A DNA stretch of 64,000 bases. Origin: Christensenellales bacterium. GTDB taxonomy: Bacteria > Bacillota > Clostridia > Christensenellales > CALWSW01. The notes beneath the pieces are model-generated. The model was not told where the DNA came from. It made no database searches and saw only the letters and a list, made by a program, of their open reading frames with translations. Within the stretch, counting starts at the first letter, position 1, and every line of letters starts with the position of its first letter. The translations under genes and the position numbers were made by a program. The stretch covers positions 607,016 through 671,015 of the forward strand of contig JAXGLZ010000001.1 of assembly GCA_040768925.1 (NCBI GenBank), in the 5' to 3' direction. This document shows positions 46,463-55,500 of this stretch, in pieces.

Positions 46463-47182
46463 ATGATTGATTTTACAAAGCTGACAAAATGGGATGCGGG
46501 CAAATGCTTTGACTACGCCATATTGCCAAAAGACACCACCGAAGCCGTGATCCGGAAAGAATGCAAGATCGCCATCAAGTACAACTGCAAGGCGTTCTGC
46601 TTCTCGTCCTCCTATTGGACGCCTGTGGTCAAGGAAGAGCTGGCGGGCACCGACCTTCAGATCGGCGCGGCCATCGCCTTCCCCTTCGGCCAGCAGTCCA
46701 ACGCCGTCAAGTGCTTCGAGACCGAGGAAGCGGTGCGCATGGGCGCCACGGTGCTGGACAACTGCATGAACGTCGGGGATTTGAAGGACAAAAAGTACGA
46801 TAAAGTGCTGCAGGATTTCAAGGATTACGTCACCGCTGCTCAGGGCGTCGAGACCAAGATGATCCTGGACACCGCCTTTCTGACCGACGAGGAGATCGCC
46901 ACCTCCTGCAAGCTGATCGCCGAAGCGGGCATCGACTGGGCGAAATCCGCCTCCGGCCAGTATGAAGGCCCGTCTTTGGAGCAGGTGCTGATCATGGTGG
47001 ATTCCGTGAAGGGTACCAAGTGCCGCGTCAAGGTTTCCGGCGTAAAATTCCCCCGGCCCCAGAACGCCTATGTGTTCCTGCTGGCGGGCGCCGAGCTGAT
47101 CGGCAGCCGTTCCGCGCCTGAGATCATCGATTCCCTGGATACCATGCGCAAGATCGGCATGGTTCCGGAATACAAGGGCTGA
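46463..47182 (+). CDS. DeoC/LacD-family class I aldolase-like protein
   Basis: FDYAILPKDTT...CKAFCFSS, AIAFPFGQ, and a Schiff-base-type Lys context IDWAKSASGQ and RVKVSGVKF. GGAGG RBS. Confidence 0.7.
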   Translation: MIDFTKLTKWDAGKCFDYAILPKDTTEAVIRKECKIAIKYNCKAFCFSSSYWTPVVKEELAGTDLQIGAAIAFPFGQQSNAVKCFETEEAVRMGATVLDNCMNVGDLKDKKYDKVLQDFKDYVTAAQGVETKMILDTAFLTDEEIATSCKLIAEAGIDWAKSASGQYEGPSLEQVLIMVDSVKGTKCRVKVSGVKFPRPQNAYVFLLAGAELIGSRSAPEIIDSLDTMRKIGMVPEYKG

Positions 47183-47201
47183 GTTCCCGGCTAAAACAAT
47201 C

Positions 47202-47238
47202 AAACCGTCCGGCGATTTTTCTTCGCCGGGCGGTTTTT
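47202..47238 (+). terminator. Terminator after the DeoC-like gene
   Basis: AAACCGTCCGGCGA-tttttct-TCGCCGGGCGGTTTTT. Confidence 0.65.
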
Positions 47239-47254
47239 CATACATTTTCAGCAT

Positions 47255-47288
47255 GAAAAAAGCCGGGCGTTTTCATGGCCTGCCCGGC
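47255..47288 (-). terminator. Terminator after the GntR gene
   Basis: Minus strand: GCCGGGC-(13 nt)-GCCCGGC followed by TTTTTT. Confidence 0.55.
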
Positions 47289-47318
47289 GGAATGAACGAT
47301 GATTATGGCGATTGGGCG

Positions 47319-48086
47319 CTAACCGTTTGAGCCGAAGGAGAGCCGAAGCTGGTTTGCCGGGAATACAAACCGGTTAAAAAGGTACGGCTGGTCGTCCGGG
47401 CCGAAGGAAAGCTCGTCCGTTATCAGCACCGGGGAGCAGGGCGGAAGCAGCAGGGCCTGGGACTCCACCGAATTCGCGCCTCCGGCTTCCAGCCATTCCT
47501 CCAGACGGGAAGGGGAAAGGCCGTGTTTTTCAAGCAGCTGATAGGTCAGCCTTCCGGTGGCCAGATCGTCGAGATCGATGCTCTGGCCGTATTCCGCGGG
47601 CATATAGTTGTATTGATAGATGCTGGGCACGGTCGAGGAGCGCTTCCGAAACCGCAGGCGCTCAAGGGTAAACAGAACGGTTCCGGGCTTTACCCCGAAA
47701 AGGGAGGAAATAAACTCCGGCGCCCGCTCGAATTTCGCTTTTGTGACCACCGCGTACATCGTGGGCAGGATGAGGTCCAGCTTGTCGCGGATGCCCAGGG
47801 TATGGAAGGCCATGGCGGTGCGCGGCGGCGAAACAAAAGTGCCCTTGCCCTGAACCCTGTAAAGCAACCCTTCGCCGATCAGCTGAAGGATCACCGAGCG
47901 GATCGTGCTCCGGCTGACGTTGAACATCGCGCAGCAATCGCGCTCCGAGGGAATGCGCTGGTTTTCCTTCCATTCGCCGCTCAGGATCTTCTTTCTGAAG
48001 ATATCGTCGATCTGGCTGTGCAGCGTGATGCCGTCGGAGGAGTAAACAGAATACGGATTGTCGCCCGATTGCCTGCCGTTCATCAT
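47319..48086 (-). CDS. GntR-family (HutC subfamily, UTRA domain) transcriptional regulator
   Basis: Winged HTH IPSERDCCAMFNVSRSTIRSVILQLIGEGLLYRVQGKGTFV plus a UTRA-like C-terminal half. Stop is TAG. Confidence 0.85.
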   Translation of the reverse strand: MMNGRQSGDNPYSVYSSDGITLHSQIDDIFRKKILSGEWKENQRIPSERDCCAMFNVSRSTIRSVILQLIGEGLLYRVQGKGTFVSPPRTAMAFHTLGIRDKLDLILPTMYAVVTKAKFERAPEFISSLFGVKPGTVLFTLERLRFRKRSSTVPSIYQYNYMPAEYGQSIDLDDLATGRLTYQLLEKHGLSPSRLEEWLEAGGANSVESQALLLPPCSPVLITDELSFGPDDQPYLFNRFVFPANQLRLSFGSNG

Positions 48087-48499
48087 AATGAGCCCTGTCC
48101 TTTAACCGCTGTGATGTGAAACGCGCCCGTTCCAAGTACAGTAAAATAATAACATGCCCAACTGCAAAATGATACCGATTTTTGCTTCGACCGCCTTAAA
48201 GACAGAGAATGGGGCGGTTTCCCTTTGCCAGAAGCCCGGTGGAAGCATAAAAGATTCGGAAAACTGGATCCATAATAGGAAAAATACTAACTTAAAATAA
48301 TTAAATAAGGACGTTATCGTCCAAATACAGATGACATTCCGCGAACAAGCCAATTTAAACCCAAATTAAAAGCTGAACGCGCGGCCAAACTGCCAACAGT
48401 GCGATATTTATAACGCGAATTGCGTTATTATTCCAAAATAAGGTAAACAGAGGGCAAATTCCAACTTATAAGGAATGCGGCAGCACTACCGCCCCGGGC

Positions 48500-49261
48500 T
48501 CAGCCAAACCGGAACGCCAGAGCGGTGTCGTCAAAGCGCTCGGGCGTGCCGTTCCTGTTCAGTATGATCAGCGCGCCGTCGTCGTCCACCCCCATCACCC
48601 GGGCGGTGCGCTCTTCGCCAGCAACGATATAGGTAATTTCCTTCTCGAGCGCGGTAGACCGGTCGCGGTAAAATTCCATGTACGCCCTGTTGCCGGGGTC
48701 GTTCACAAGGCCAAGCAGTTCCCGGGCGATTTCCCCCGCGAGCCTTCCGGGGGAAAGGTACGGCGCCTCCAGGGAGCCGAACGCGCAAAAAGGCTCGTTT
48801 TGCGGTTCGCCGCCGCAGATGTTGACCGTGATGCCCACGATGATCCCGCAATGCCCCTGCGCAACGGCGGTATTGACCAGGATGGCCGCGATCTGCTTTC
48901 CCCCAATACAGATTTCTCCCGGCCAATTGATCACCGGCCGTTGGGGTGTAAGCCTTTCAATCGCCATAACGCAGGCAGCCGCGGCCATTGACGTTATGGA
49001 GAGGGGACTCACGCGCTCGCCCCCGGGCCCAAGAAGCAGGGAAAAATGCGCCGAAATCCCCTCATGGGAAGAAAAAGAATCCCCCGCCGCCCGATCGCCG
49101 GTCTGCTCCAGGGCGGAGAAGATCACAGGGCCCGTTTCGCCCGCCGAAAGCGCCCGCAGGGCTTGCGCGTCCGTCGAATCGGCAGCGGAGAAGGCCCGCA
49201 CCGGAATTCCGGGGCAGGCGGCTTCGATATCGCTCTGCAGTTTTTGTTCGGCATTCACCAT
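48500..49261 (-). CDS. Biotin-protein-ligase-fold (BPL_LplA_LipB) protein with degenerate catalytic motifs
   Basis: Group-I BirA-like length (253 aa). Where GRGRxGRxW is expected it reads QTGDRAAGDSFSS. Where KWPND is expected it reads INWPGE. GKQIAAILVNT is retained. Confidence 0.55.
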   Translation of the reverse strand: MVNAEQKLQSDIEAACPGIPVRAFSAADSTDAQALRALSAGETGPVIFSALEQTGDRAAGDSFSSHEGISAHFSLLLGPGGERVSPLSITSMAAAACVMAIERLTPQRPVINWPGEICIGGKQIAAILVNTAVAQGHCGIIVGITVNICGGEPQNEPFCAFGSLEAPYLSPGRLAGEIARELLGLVNDPGNRAYMEFYRDRSTALEKEITYIVAGEERTARVMGVDDDGALIILNRNGTPERFDDTALAFRFG

Positions 49262-50034
49262 CTTTTCTTTTTTCCAAAGGCGGTTTTCAGGTGATCGTCC
49301 AGCTTGCCGGAATCGACAAAGGGCAAAAGCGGCATGATGGCCGCAATGCCTTTTTCGCGCATGATCTCCATCGCGATGCGGCTGACGGCCTCCCCGCGCA
49401 GGAAGGGTGCGATGGCGGCGAGGTCCGAGGCGTCTCGGCCTTCTTCAATCAGGCCCTCGGCGATCTTCCCGAGGACATCTCTGTCCAAAAAAGGCGCGAT
49501 TGCCGCGAGGTCCGAGGCGTCTCCGCCTTCCTCGATCAGGCCCACGGCGATCTTCCCGAGAACGTCTTCGCCCAGAAAAGGCGCGATGGCGGCAAGCTCG
49601 CCAATGCCGCACCCTGAACCGATCAGGGAAAGGGCGATTTCCTCCAGCGCTTCCTGGCTGACGAAGGGCGCCAGCGCCGCAAGCTCGCCGATGGAAAGCC
49701 GGGCGTTTTTTGCGGCTTTGTCCGCCTGATCCGGGCGGAGCAGGGGTGCCACTTCTTTGATCTCGTCTCCGGTCAGTTTCGGGGCTTCTTCGCTTTTTTC
49801 CAGCTTTTCCAGCAGGTTCGCCGTCTGCCTGTCGCCCAGGATTTCGTCCACGGTTACCCCCAGGGCTTCAGAGAGTTCGGGCAGCCTTGAAATATCCGGC
49901 ATCGTCTGGCCGCGCTCCCAGTTGGAGACTGCCTGGAAGCTGACCCCCATACGGTCCGCAAGTTCCATTTGAGTAAGGTTCGCAGCCTTTCTCATGCGCG
50001 AGATATTCCCGCCAATTTTCTTCATGTCGAACAT
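49255..50034 (-). CDS. XRE-family HTH protein with C-terminal 29-aa tandem repeats
   Basis: HTH LTQMELADRMGVSFQAVSNWERGQTMP. The C-terminal half has about 4 repeats of the type LAAIAPFL(G/D)xDVLGKIAxGLIEEGxDASD. It overlaps the BirA-like start by 7 nt. Confidence 0.8.
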   Translation of the reverse strand: MFDMKKIGGNISRMRKAANLTQMELADRMGVSFQAVSNWERGQTMPDISRLPELSEALGVTVDEILGDRQTANLLEKLEKSEEAPKLTGDEIKEVAPLLRPDQADKAAKNARLSIGELAALAPFVSQEALEEIALSLIGSGCGIGELAAIAPFLGEDVLGKIAVGLIEEGGDASDLAAIAPFLDRDVLGKIAEGLIEEGRDASDLAAIAPFLRGEAVSRIAMEIMREKGIAAIMPLLPFVDSGKLDDHLKTAFGKKKRW

Positions 50035-50527
50035 GATACACGCGTCCTTTCTTTTTGTTGCGGCGAAAGAATGAAAACATCGTTTTTGAAACCTCCTGGT
50101 TCCTCGATGCAAACACTCTATCCCGCAGCGGCGAAAAAGCACAGCAAACGGTGCTTGAAAGGCCGGCTGTTCACGACTCAAGCCCTGCTTGAGCCGTTTT
50201 GTTTTTCATTATACCACAATGGATGCGGCCTGATCGAAGAATTGCGGGGCACAAAGGCTCCAAATCCGGACGGCACGGAGCCGCAAGCAAAAACCTTTTG
50301 ACACGTTTTGCAGTTCACAGCGCTTAAAATCCTGGCCGCAGGCAAAAGAATTTTGGAAAAAATGGCTTGCAAAATTGAAATTTAAAAAAATTGCGGCCGT
50401 AATGCCGAATCCGGCCGGGGAGAAATGATCATATGTCAGGATATTTATGAAAATAAAAAACAAACGCATGTCAACGCAGCCCAAAAATGGTTGATCGCAA
50501 GAACATAAGCCCAAAAACTGGGTTCGT

Positions 50528-50549
50528 ACTGTGACCAAACTGTGACCAT
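50528..50549 (+). promoter_or_regulatory. Tandem 11-bp direct repeat ACTGTGACCAA/ACTGTGACCAT upstream of the fibre operon
   Basis: Read directly. It is followed by the palindrome ATGGCT-taatag-AGCCAT (50553-50570). The same CTGTGACCAT word recurs inverted at 56788-56797. Confidence 0.4.
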
Positions 50550-50619
50550 TCAATGGCTTAATAGAGCCATCAATAAGGATACACTGCGCGATAAAGCCAC
50601 GAACCGGGAGGATACACCA

Positions 50620-53600
50620 GTGAAACTAAGGAGAATATTCAGCCTGTTAATCGCAGCGGCATTCATAGTCTCGATGCTGCCGCTTGGAGCGATCGCCACG
50701 GATCATGAGGAGCTGATCTCCGAAGCGGTGGCCGCTCCCTTGGGCGAAGGCGGGGAAAATTCGGCGGGCGCGCCCCAGCCGGACCAAGTGATTGAGATTC
50801 CAGAAGGCGAACCTGACGACGGGGATGGCCTTCCTTCTGATGTGATCGGCGATCCCGGGGACAAGCAGGGCGAGACCCCTGAGGACCCCGGCACGGGCGA
50901 GACCCCCGAGGACCCCGGCGAGGGTGACCCGACCGAAGGCAAAGACCCTGAGCAGCCCAAAGAGGATGAGGACCCCGAAGCCGGTGAAGAAGGCGAAGAA
51001 GACGAAGAAGGCGAAGAACCCGCGGAAGAGCCGGTGGATGTGACCACCCTGTTCGGCAAGGAGCTTGCGCGTTATATTGAAGAGCTTGAAGCGAAAGAGG
51101 ATATCGATGGCTTTTGGGCTCTGTTGAGCGTGCTGACGGAAGAGCAGTTCCAAAGCCTGTTCGGCGTGGAAACCACAAGCATAGCAATTGCAGAACTATT
51201 GAGAAGCCGCAGCAATAACGTTGATGAAGAAGAAATCATCGAATACTATCCCGCCTCCATGGTCCCGGCCGGCCCCATCCTTCAGGGGGCAGGCTCCCTG
51301 TTGCGGGGCGTGGGGATGCAGGCCGCGGGCGGAATGATTGCCGGCGCAGCGGGCTTTGGCGCGGGGCTGCTTTCGGAGCCCGCTTCGGTCAGTTCCGTAC
51401 CTGTTCCGCCCGGAATGACGGTGGACAAGAGCGCGAACGTTAAAGGACAATATGGACCTGGCGAAAATGACCGCCAGTATTTCCAGCTTGACCTCACCGT
51501 TCATGTGGAAAGTGATATCCAGCAGACCAAAAAACCGGCGGATATCGTGCTGGTGCTGGACGTTTCCGGAAGCATGAGCAGCAACATGACCAAGCGCACC
51601 TATACCGCAACAAATAATCCCAAAAAAGGGGATCCATATTACATTGATCTTGACCCCTCCCCCGATAAAACGAACTGGCAGCTGGTAGAGTATCATAGTG
51701 GCACTCTAAACGGAAACCATTGGTGCTATGGCACTCACTTTTGGGTGTTAGGCTGGCTGTGCACCCAGGTAAACCCTTCCCCCGGCGGTACCGGCACAAA
51801 CGGCAACTACCAGTTTTATATCAGAACAGATACGACGATCTCGAAGATCCAGGCCCTGAAGGACGCGGTGAACAGCTTCCTTGCGGAAGTAAAAGACAAT
51901 TCGCCGGAGAGCACGGTCGCCATCGTCACATACGCGGCTAACGCAAACGTGCTGACCGGAACCAAGGATAACACCGCGGGCGCGATGATTCCGATCAAGG
52001 TCGGCAGCGATGTCAACCCCGAGCTGACCACGGCTGTCAACGGCCTTGGCACGGGCGGCGGCACGTATTCGGACAAAGGATTCGAAAGAGCCACCAAGAT
52101 TATGCAGAGCAAGGTCGGCCAGAGCGGATACGACGATGAAGGCAGAAACCGCGTCGTGATCCATTTTACGGACGGCGAGCCGGGAAGCGGCAGCTCGGTC
52201 GATCATGAGGTCGCGGCGGACGTCATCCGCTGGGCCAAGGTGCTGAAAAACGGCGTCGGCCAGACGACCACCGTGACCGGCGTCAGATTCCCCGCGTCCG
52301 GGAACCCCTTCAGCAACGGAAATGACACCATTAATCCGGCGACGGGCTGCGGGGCGACGGTGTATACGATCGGCGTTTTCACCTCCACTATGAGCGATCA
52401 GAACAAAACCAACGAGTATATGTGGCGCTCCTCCAGCAACACGGATGATGGGTCCTCCCATACCGACTATTCTCCGAATACTGTCGGACCGGGGAAAAAG
52501 GGAGCCTATTACCTGACGGCGGACAGCGCGGACAGCCTTACCAATATCTTCGAACAAATCGGTCAGGAGATGAACGACCCCGTCGAAGGGAGCGTGCGCG
52601 ACTACATCAGCCCGGAATTTGAGCTCTGCGACGCAAACGGCGTCGCGATCGACATAACCTCCCTGCCCAAAACCGTTGATCCGGGCCCAGGATTGCCGTC
52701 GTACACCATTAAAAAAGACGCGCAAGACAGAATCTACGTCGAGTGGGCCAACCTGACCATCGAACCGGGCGAGTCCTTCGCGGGAACGGTTTATATCAAG
52801 CCGAAGGAGACCTTCGTCGGCGGGAACAACCTTTTGACAAACATCGGGGGTATCTCCGCTGTTTACAGCGGGAATAACATCCTCGCCTCCTTCCCGGAGC
52901 CCAAGGTCAACGTGCCCTTCAAGCTGGGAACCGGCGCATATGCGGACGATATCTATCTTGGGAGCATCATAGATGCCGGAATGGTCACGGCAGCCCGAAA
53001 TGACATGCTGAATGACATCTTCAAGGGCTATAACTATTCGGCCCTTGGCACCGTGACCCCAAGCTGGACAACCAATCCCACTAACTTGCGACCCACGAAC
53101 GCCGTCAATACTTATAACTTTTCCGTGACGGTGAACCCCACCGCCGCCGCGGCTGGAACCAAAGGCAGGCCGGCAAAGCAGGCCACCGCAACCGGAGTCT
53201 ATACGGTGAACGTTCACGGGGCGACGCTTACGGCCCAGGGATGGACCATCCTGAAGGGGCAGACCGCCGTTGTTCTGAGCGGCGTGCAAAAGACGCTCAC
53301 CTGGGATGTGATATCGGGCAAACCAGTGCCGACGGATGTGAGTTACGAAATCCTCTTCGGCGGGGCCGCTGTTACCAGCAATCCCCAGCTGACGGAAAGC
53401 CGCACCTTCACCATGGTCGCCAAACGAAACGGAGTGGAGGTGGCGGAGCGGGCCAACTTCACCGTAACAGTCGTAGCGCCCACCTTCACCGACAAGAACT
53501 ACAACATCCTTCTTGGCGAAAGCGTGGGCAGCAGGTATACCGTGGGCGGCAACCTCGGCGTCGGCATTGACTATTCCGGCACCGGCGGGTTGACATACAA

Positions 53601-54864
53601 CCCGGGCGAACTGACCTATGTGCCGAATTACAGCGGATACGATTCCCCGTTTGCCACCCATGTTCCTTCCGTTATTGGAACCTATACCGTTCCCGTAACC
53701 GTCAAGTATGGGAGCACAACAGGTGTTGTGATCGGCAGTGCGAACGTGACCGTCAACGTTTCGGTTCCCACCTTCACCGGCAAGACCTTCGAGCTGCTGA
53801 ACGGCGAACAGGCGAAGGCGGACGGGTACAACGCCCATAGCGACGGGGTAAACACCCCCGATTACGCCGCCGGCGGTGTGCCTGACGGGCTGACCTATCC
53901 CAGCTCCAGCCTTACGTACACCCTGGCCGACGGAAGCACATATCCGGACACCCGTCTGAGCGCGGACGCGGTCAACAAGATCAACGTTTTCTATAATGGA
54001 AAGCAGATCGCCCAGAACGTTGCGGTCACCTTCAATGTGCATACCCCGACCTTCGCGGGAAACATCTTCGACCTCTTCTACGGCGAAAAGGTAACGGATG
54101 CCTATTCCGGCATCACCGCCTTGGCGGACGCGATAACGATCAACAAACCCGAAGGCTGGCCGACAGACACTGCCAGAACCGCCCGCTGGACCGATTACGA
54201 GGCAATGATCCAAGGCACAGCTAAGACGGGATTCGAACAGGCTTTGGACACGGTCTACCCCCCCGGCAATCCGAATCCGATTGCCCAGTTCCCGGTGACC
54301 ATGAAATATGTGTATGGAACGGGGCCGAGCGAGTTCGTCACGCTGGCCGCCGGTGATAACGCGCCGACGATCACCATCAACGTCACCGCGGGCAGCATCA
54401 CGATCACCAAGAGCGTGAGCGCGAATGGGAAGGGTACCGTCGATCCCGATCAGACCTTCCTGTTCAAGATCACAAGGACGGATGGCGATACCACCGAAGT
54501 ATTTTACGAATACATCAACACCACCAACAGCGCAACCAAGACCATCACCGGCCTCAAAAAGGGCGTCTATGAGGTAACGGAGGTTAAGGATTGGTCCTGG
54601 CGGTATAACTGCACAAGCGCTGTTACGCAGAGCGTAACCCTTGGCCGCACCGGAACGGGCGACAACCCCTTCACGGCGTCGGGCAGCACCAGCTTCACGA
54701 ATAATAAGCGGCACGACTCCTGGCTGAGCGACGAAGCGACCCCGAAGGCGAATAACTGCGGAACGGTTCCCATCCCCGGCACGCAATCCGCCAAAACAGA
54801 GGCTGCGATTCTTCCCGGCAAGCAGAACGGCCTGCCCGAGGATGGATCGGTTGAGCAAGCCTGA
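50620..54864 (+). CDS. Giant secreted vWA-domain adhesin-like protein (1,414 aa) with acidic linker, three PTFxGK repeats and a C-terminal Cna-B/SpaA-like domain
   Basis: GGGAGGA RBS followed 7 nt later by the GTG at 50620 (an alternative ATG lies at 50542). Signal peptide KLRRIFSLLIAAAFIVSMLPLGAIA. MIDAS DIVLVLDVSGSMS...GGGTYSD...VIHFTDGEPG. C-terminal ITITKSV...GVYEVTEVKDWSWRY. No LPxTG and no C-terminal TM. Confidence 0.85.
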   Translation: MKLRRIFSLLIAAAFIVSMLPLGAIATDHEELISEAVAAPLGEGGENSAGAPQPDQVIEIPEGEPDDGDGLPSDVIGDPGDKQGETPEDPGTGETPEDPGEGDPTEGKDPEQPKEDEDPEAGEEGEEDEEGEEPAEEPVDVTTLFGKELARYIEELEAKEDIDGFWALLSVLTEEQFQSLFGVETTSIAIAELLRSRSNNVDEEEIIEYYPASMVPAGPILQGAGSLLRGVGMQAAGGMIAGAAGFGAGLLSEPASVSSVPVPPGMTVDKSANVKGQYGPGENDRQYFQLDLTVHVESDIQQTKKPADIVLVLDVSGSMSSNMTKRTYTATNNPKKGDPYYIDLDPSPDKTNWQLVEYHSGTLNGNHWCYGTHFWVLGWLCTQVNPSPGGTGTNGNYQFYIRTDTTISKIQALKDAVNSFLAEVKDNSPESTVAIVTYAANANVLTGTKDNTAGAMIPIKVGSDVNPELTTAVNGLGTGGGTYSDKGFERATKIMQSKVGQSGYDDEGRNRVVIHFTDGEPGSGSSVDHEVAADVIRWAKVLKNGVGQTTTVTGVRFPASGNPFSNGNDTINPATGCGATVYTIGVFTSTMSDQNKTNEYMWRSSSNTDDGSSHTDYSPNTVGPGKKGAYYLTADSADSLTNIFEQIGQEMNDPVEGSVRDYISPEFELCDANGVAIDITSLPKTVDPGPGLPSYTIKKDAQDRIYVEWANLTIEPGESFAGTVYIKPKETFVGGNNLLTNIGGISAVYSGNNILASFPEPKVNVPFKLGTGAYADDIYLGSIIDAGMVTAARNDMLNDIFKGYNYSALGTVTPSWTTNPTNLRPTNAVNTYNFSVTVNPTAAAAGTKGRPAKQATATGVYTVNVHGATLTAQGWTILKGQTAVVLSGVQKTLTWDVISGKPVPTDVSYEILFGGAAVTSNPQLTESRTFTMVAKRNGVEVAERANFTVTVVAPTFTDKNYNILLGESVGSRYTVGGNLGVGIDYSGTGGLTYNPGELTYVPNYSGYDSPFATHVPSVIGTYTVPVTVKYGSTTGVVIGSANVTVNVSVPTFTGKTFELLNGEQAKADGYNAHSDGVNTPDYAAGGVPDGLTYPSSSLTYTLADGSTYPDTRLSADAVNKINVFYNGKQIAQNVAVTFNVHTPTFAGNIFDLFYGEKVTDAYSGITALADAITINKPEGWPTDTARTARWTDYEAMIQGTAKTGFEQALDTVYPPGNPNPIAQFPVTMKYVYGTGPSEFVTLAAGDNAPTITINVTAGSITITKSVSANGKGTVDPDQTFLFKITRTDGDTTEVFYEYINTTNSATKTITGLKKGVYEVTEVKDWSWRYNCTSAVTQSVTLGRTGTGDNPFTASGSTSFTNNKRHDSWLSDEATPKANNCGTVPIPGTQSAKTEAAILPGKQNGLPEDGSVEQA

Positions 54865-54876
54865 GGTTTTGACTGA

Positions 54877-55500
54877 ATGAACAAAAAGGCAAAACGGATC
54901 TGGAACATCGTCTCTGGAATCCTGGTTGGGATTGTGGTGTTGCTGGCGGTTGTGATCGCCGGGCCGAGGCTGATCGGCTACCAGCCCTACGCGGTGCTTT
55001 CCGGCAGCATGGAACCGGCCTATCACGTGGGCTCCCTGATCTACGTCAAGCCCTGCGGGGCTTCGGAAGTGGCGGTCGGCGACCCGATCACCTTCGTCTT
55101 CAACGAGGATCTGGTCGTCGCCACCCACCGGGTGGTCAGGATCGACGAGGCCAACCAGCAATTTTACACCAAGGGAGACGCAAACAACGCCGAGGACGGC
55201 TCGCCCGTCCACTTCAATAACCTGATCGGCAAACCCGCTTTCTCCCTGGCGAATTTGGGATATGTCTCCACCTTTCTGGAGACGACCAAGGGCAAGATCA
55301 TCGCAATAACGGTCGTCGTCGCGCTGCTGCTGCTCGCGTTTTTGCCGGACATCATGTCCATCGGCAAAAAGAAGGACGAGGGCGCAAACGGCGGCAAGCC
55401 GAAGGAGCGCAAGTATAACAGAATCGACAAATACGGAAGAGCCGGAAGGAATACCGATCCGGACGTCCAATACCCCGCAAACGAGGAGGCGCAGAAATGA
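54877..55500 (+). CDS. sipW: Signal peptidase I, ER/archaeal type (SipW-like, S26B)
   Basis: N-terminal TM segment, nucleophile motif VLSGSMEP, His motif VATHRVV, and FYTKGDANN. Its stop overlaps the next start (ATGA). Confidence 0.85.
   Translation: MNKKAKRIWNIVSGILVGIVVLLAVVIAGPRLIGYQPYAVLSGSMEPAYHVGSLIYVKPCGASEVAVGDPITFVFNEDLVVATHRVVRIDEANQQFYTKGDANNAEDGSPVHFNNLIGKPAFSLANLGYVSTFLETTKGKIIAITVVVALLLLAFLPDIMSIGKKKDEGANGGKPKERKYNRIDKYGRAGRNTDPDVQYPANEEAQK

Noticed and set aside
51748-55470. A 1,240-aa ORF on the minus strand, antisense to the vWA adhesin and sipW genes.
   Set aside because: Its composition is Arg/Gly/Asp/His-rich and low in complexity, with no motif, signal or RBS. The sense strand carries unmistakable vWA, SPase and TasA signatures. 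Long stop-free antisense frames are expected in GC-rich genes.
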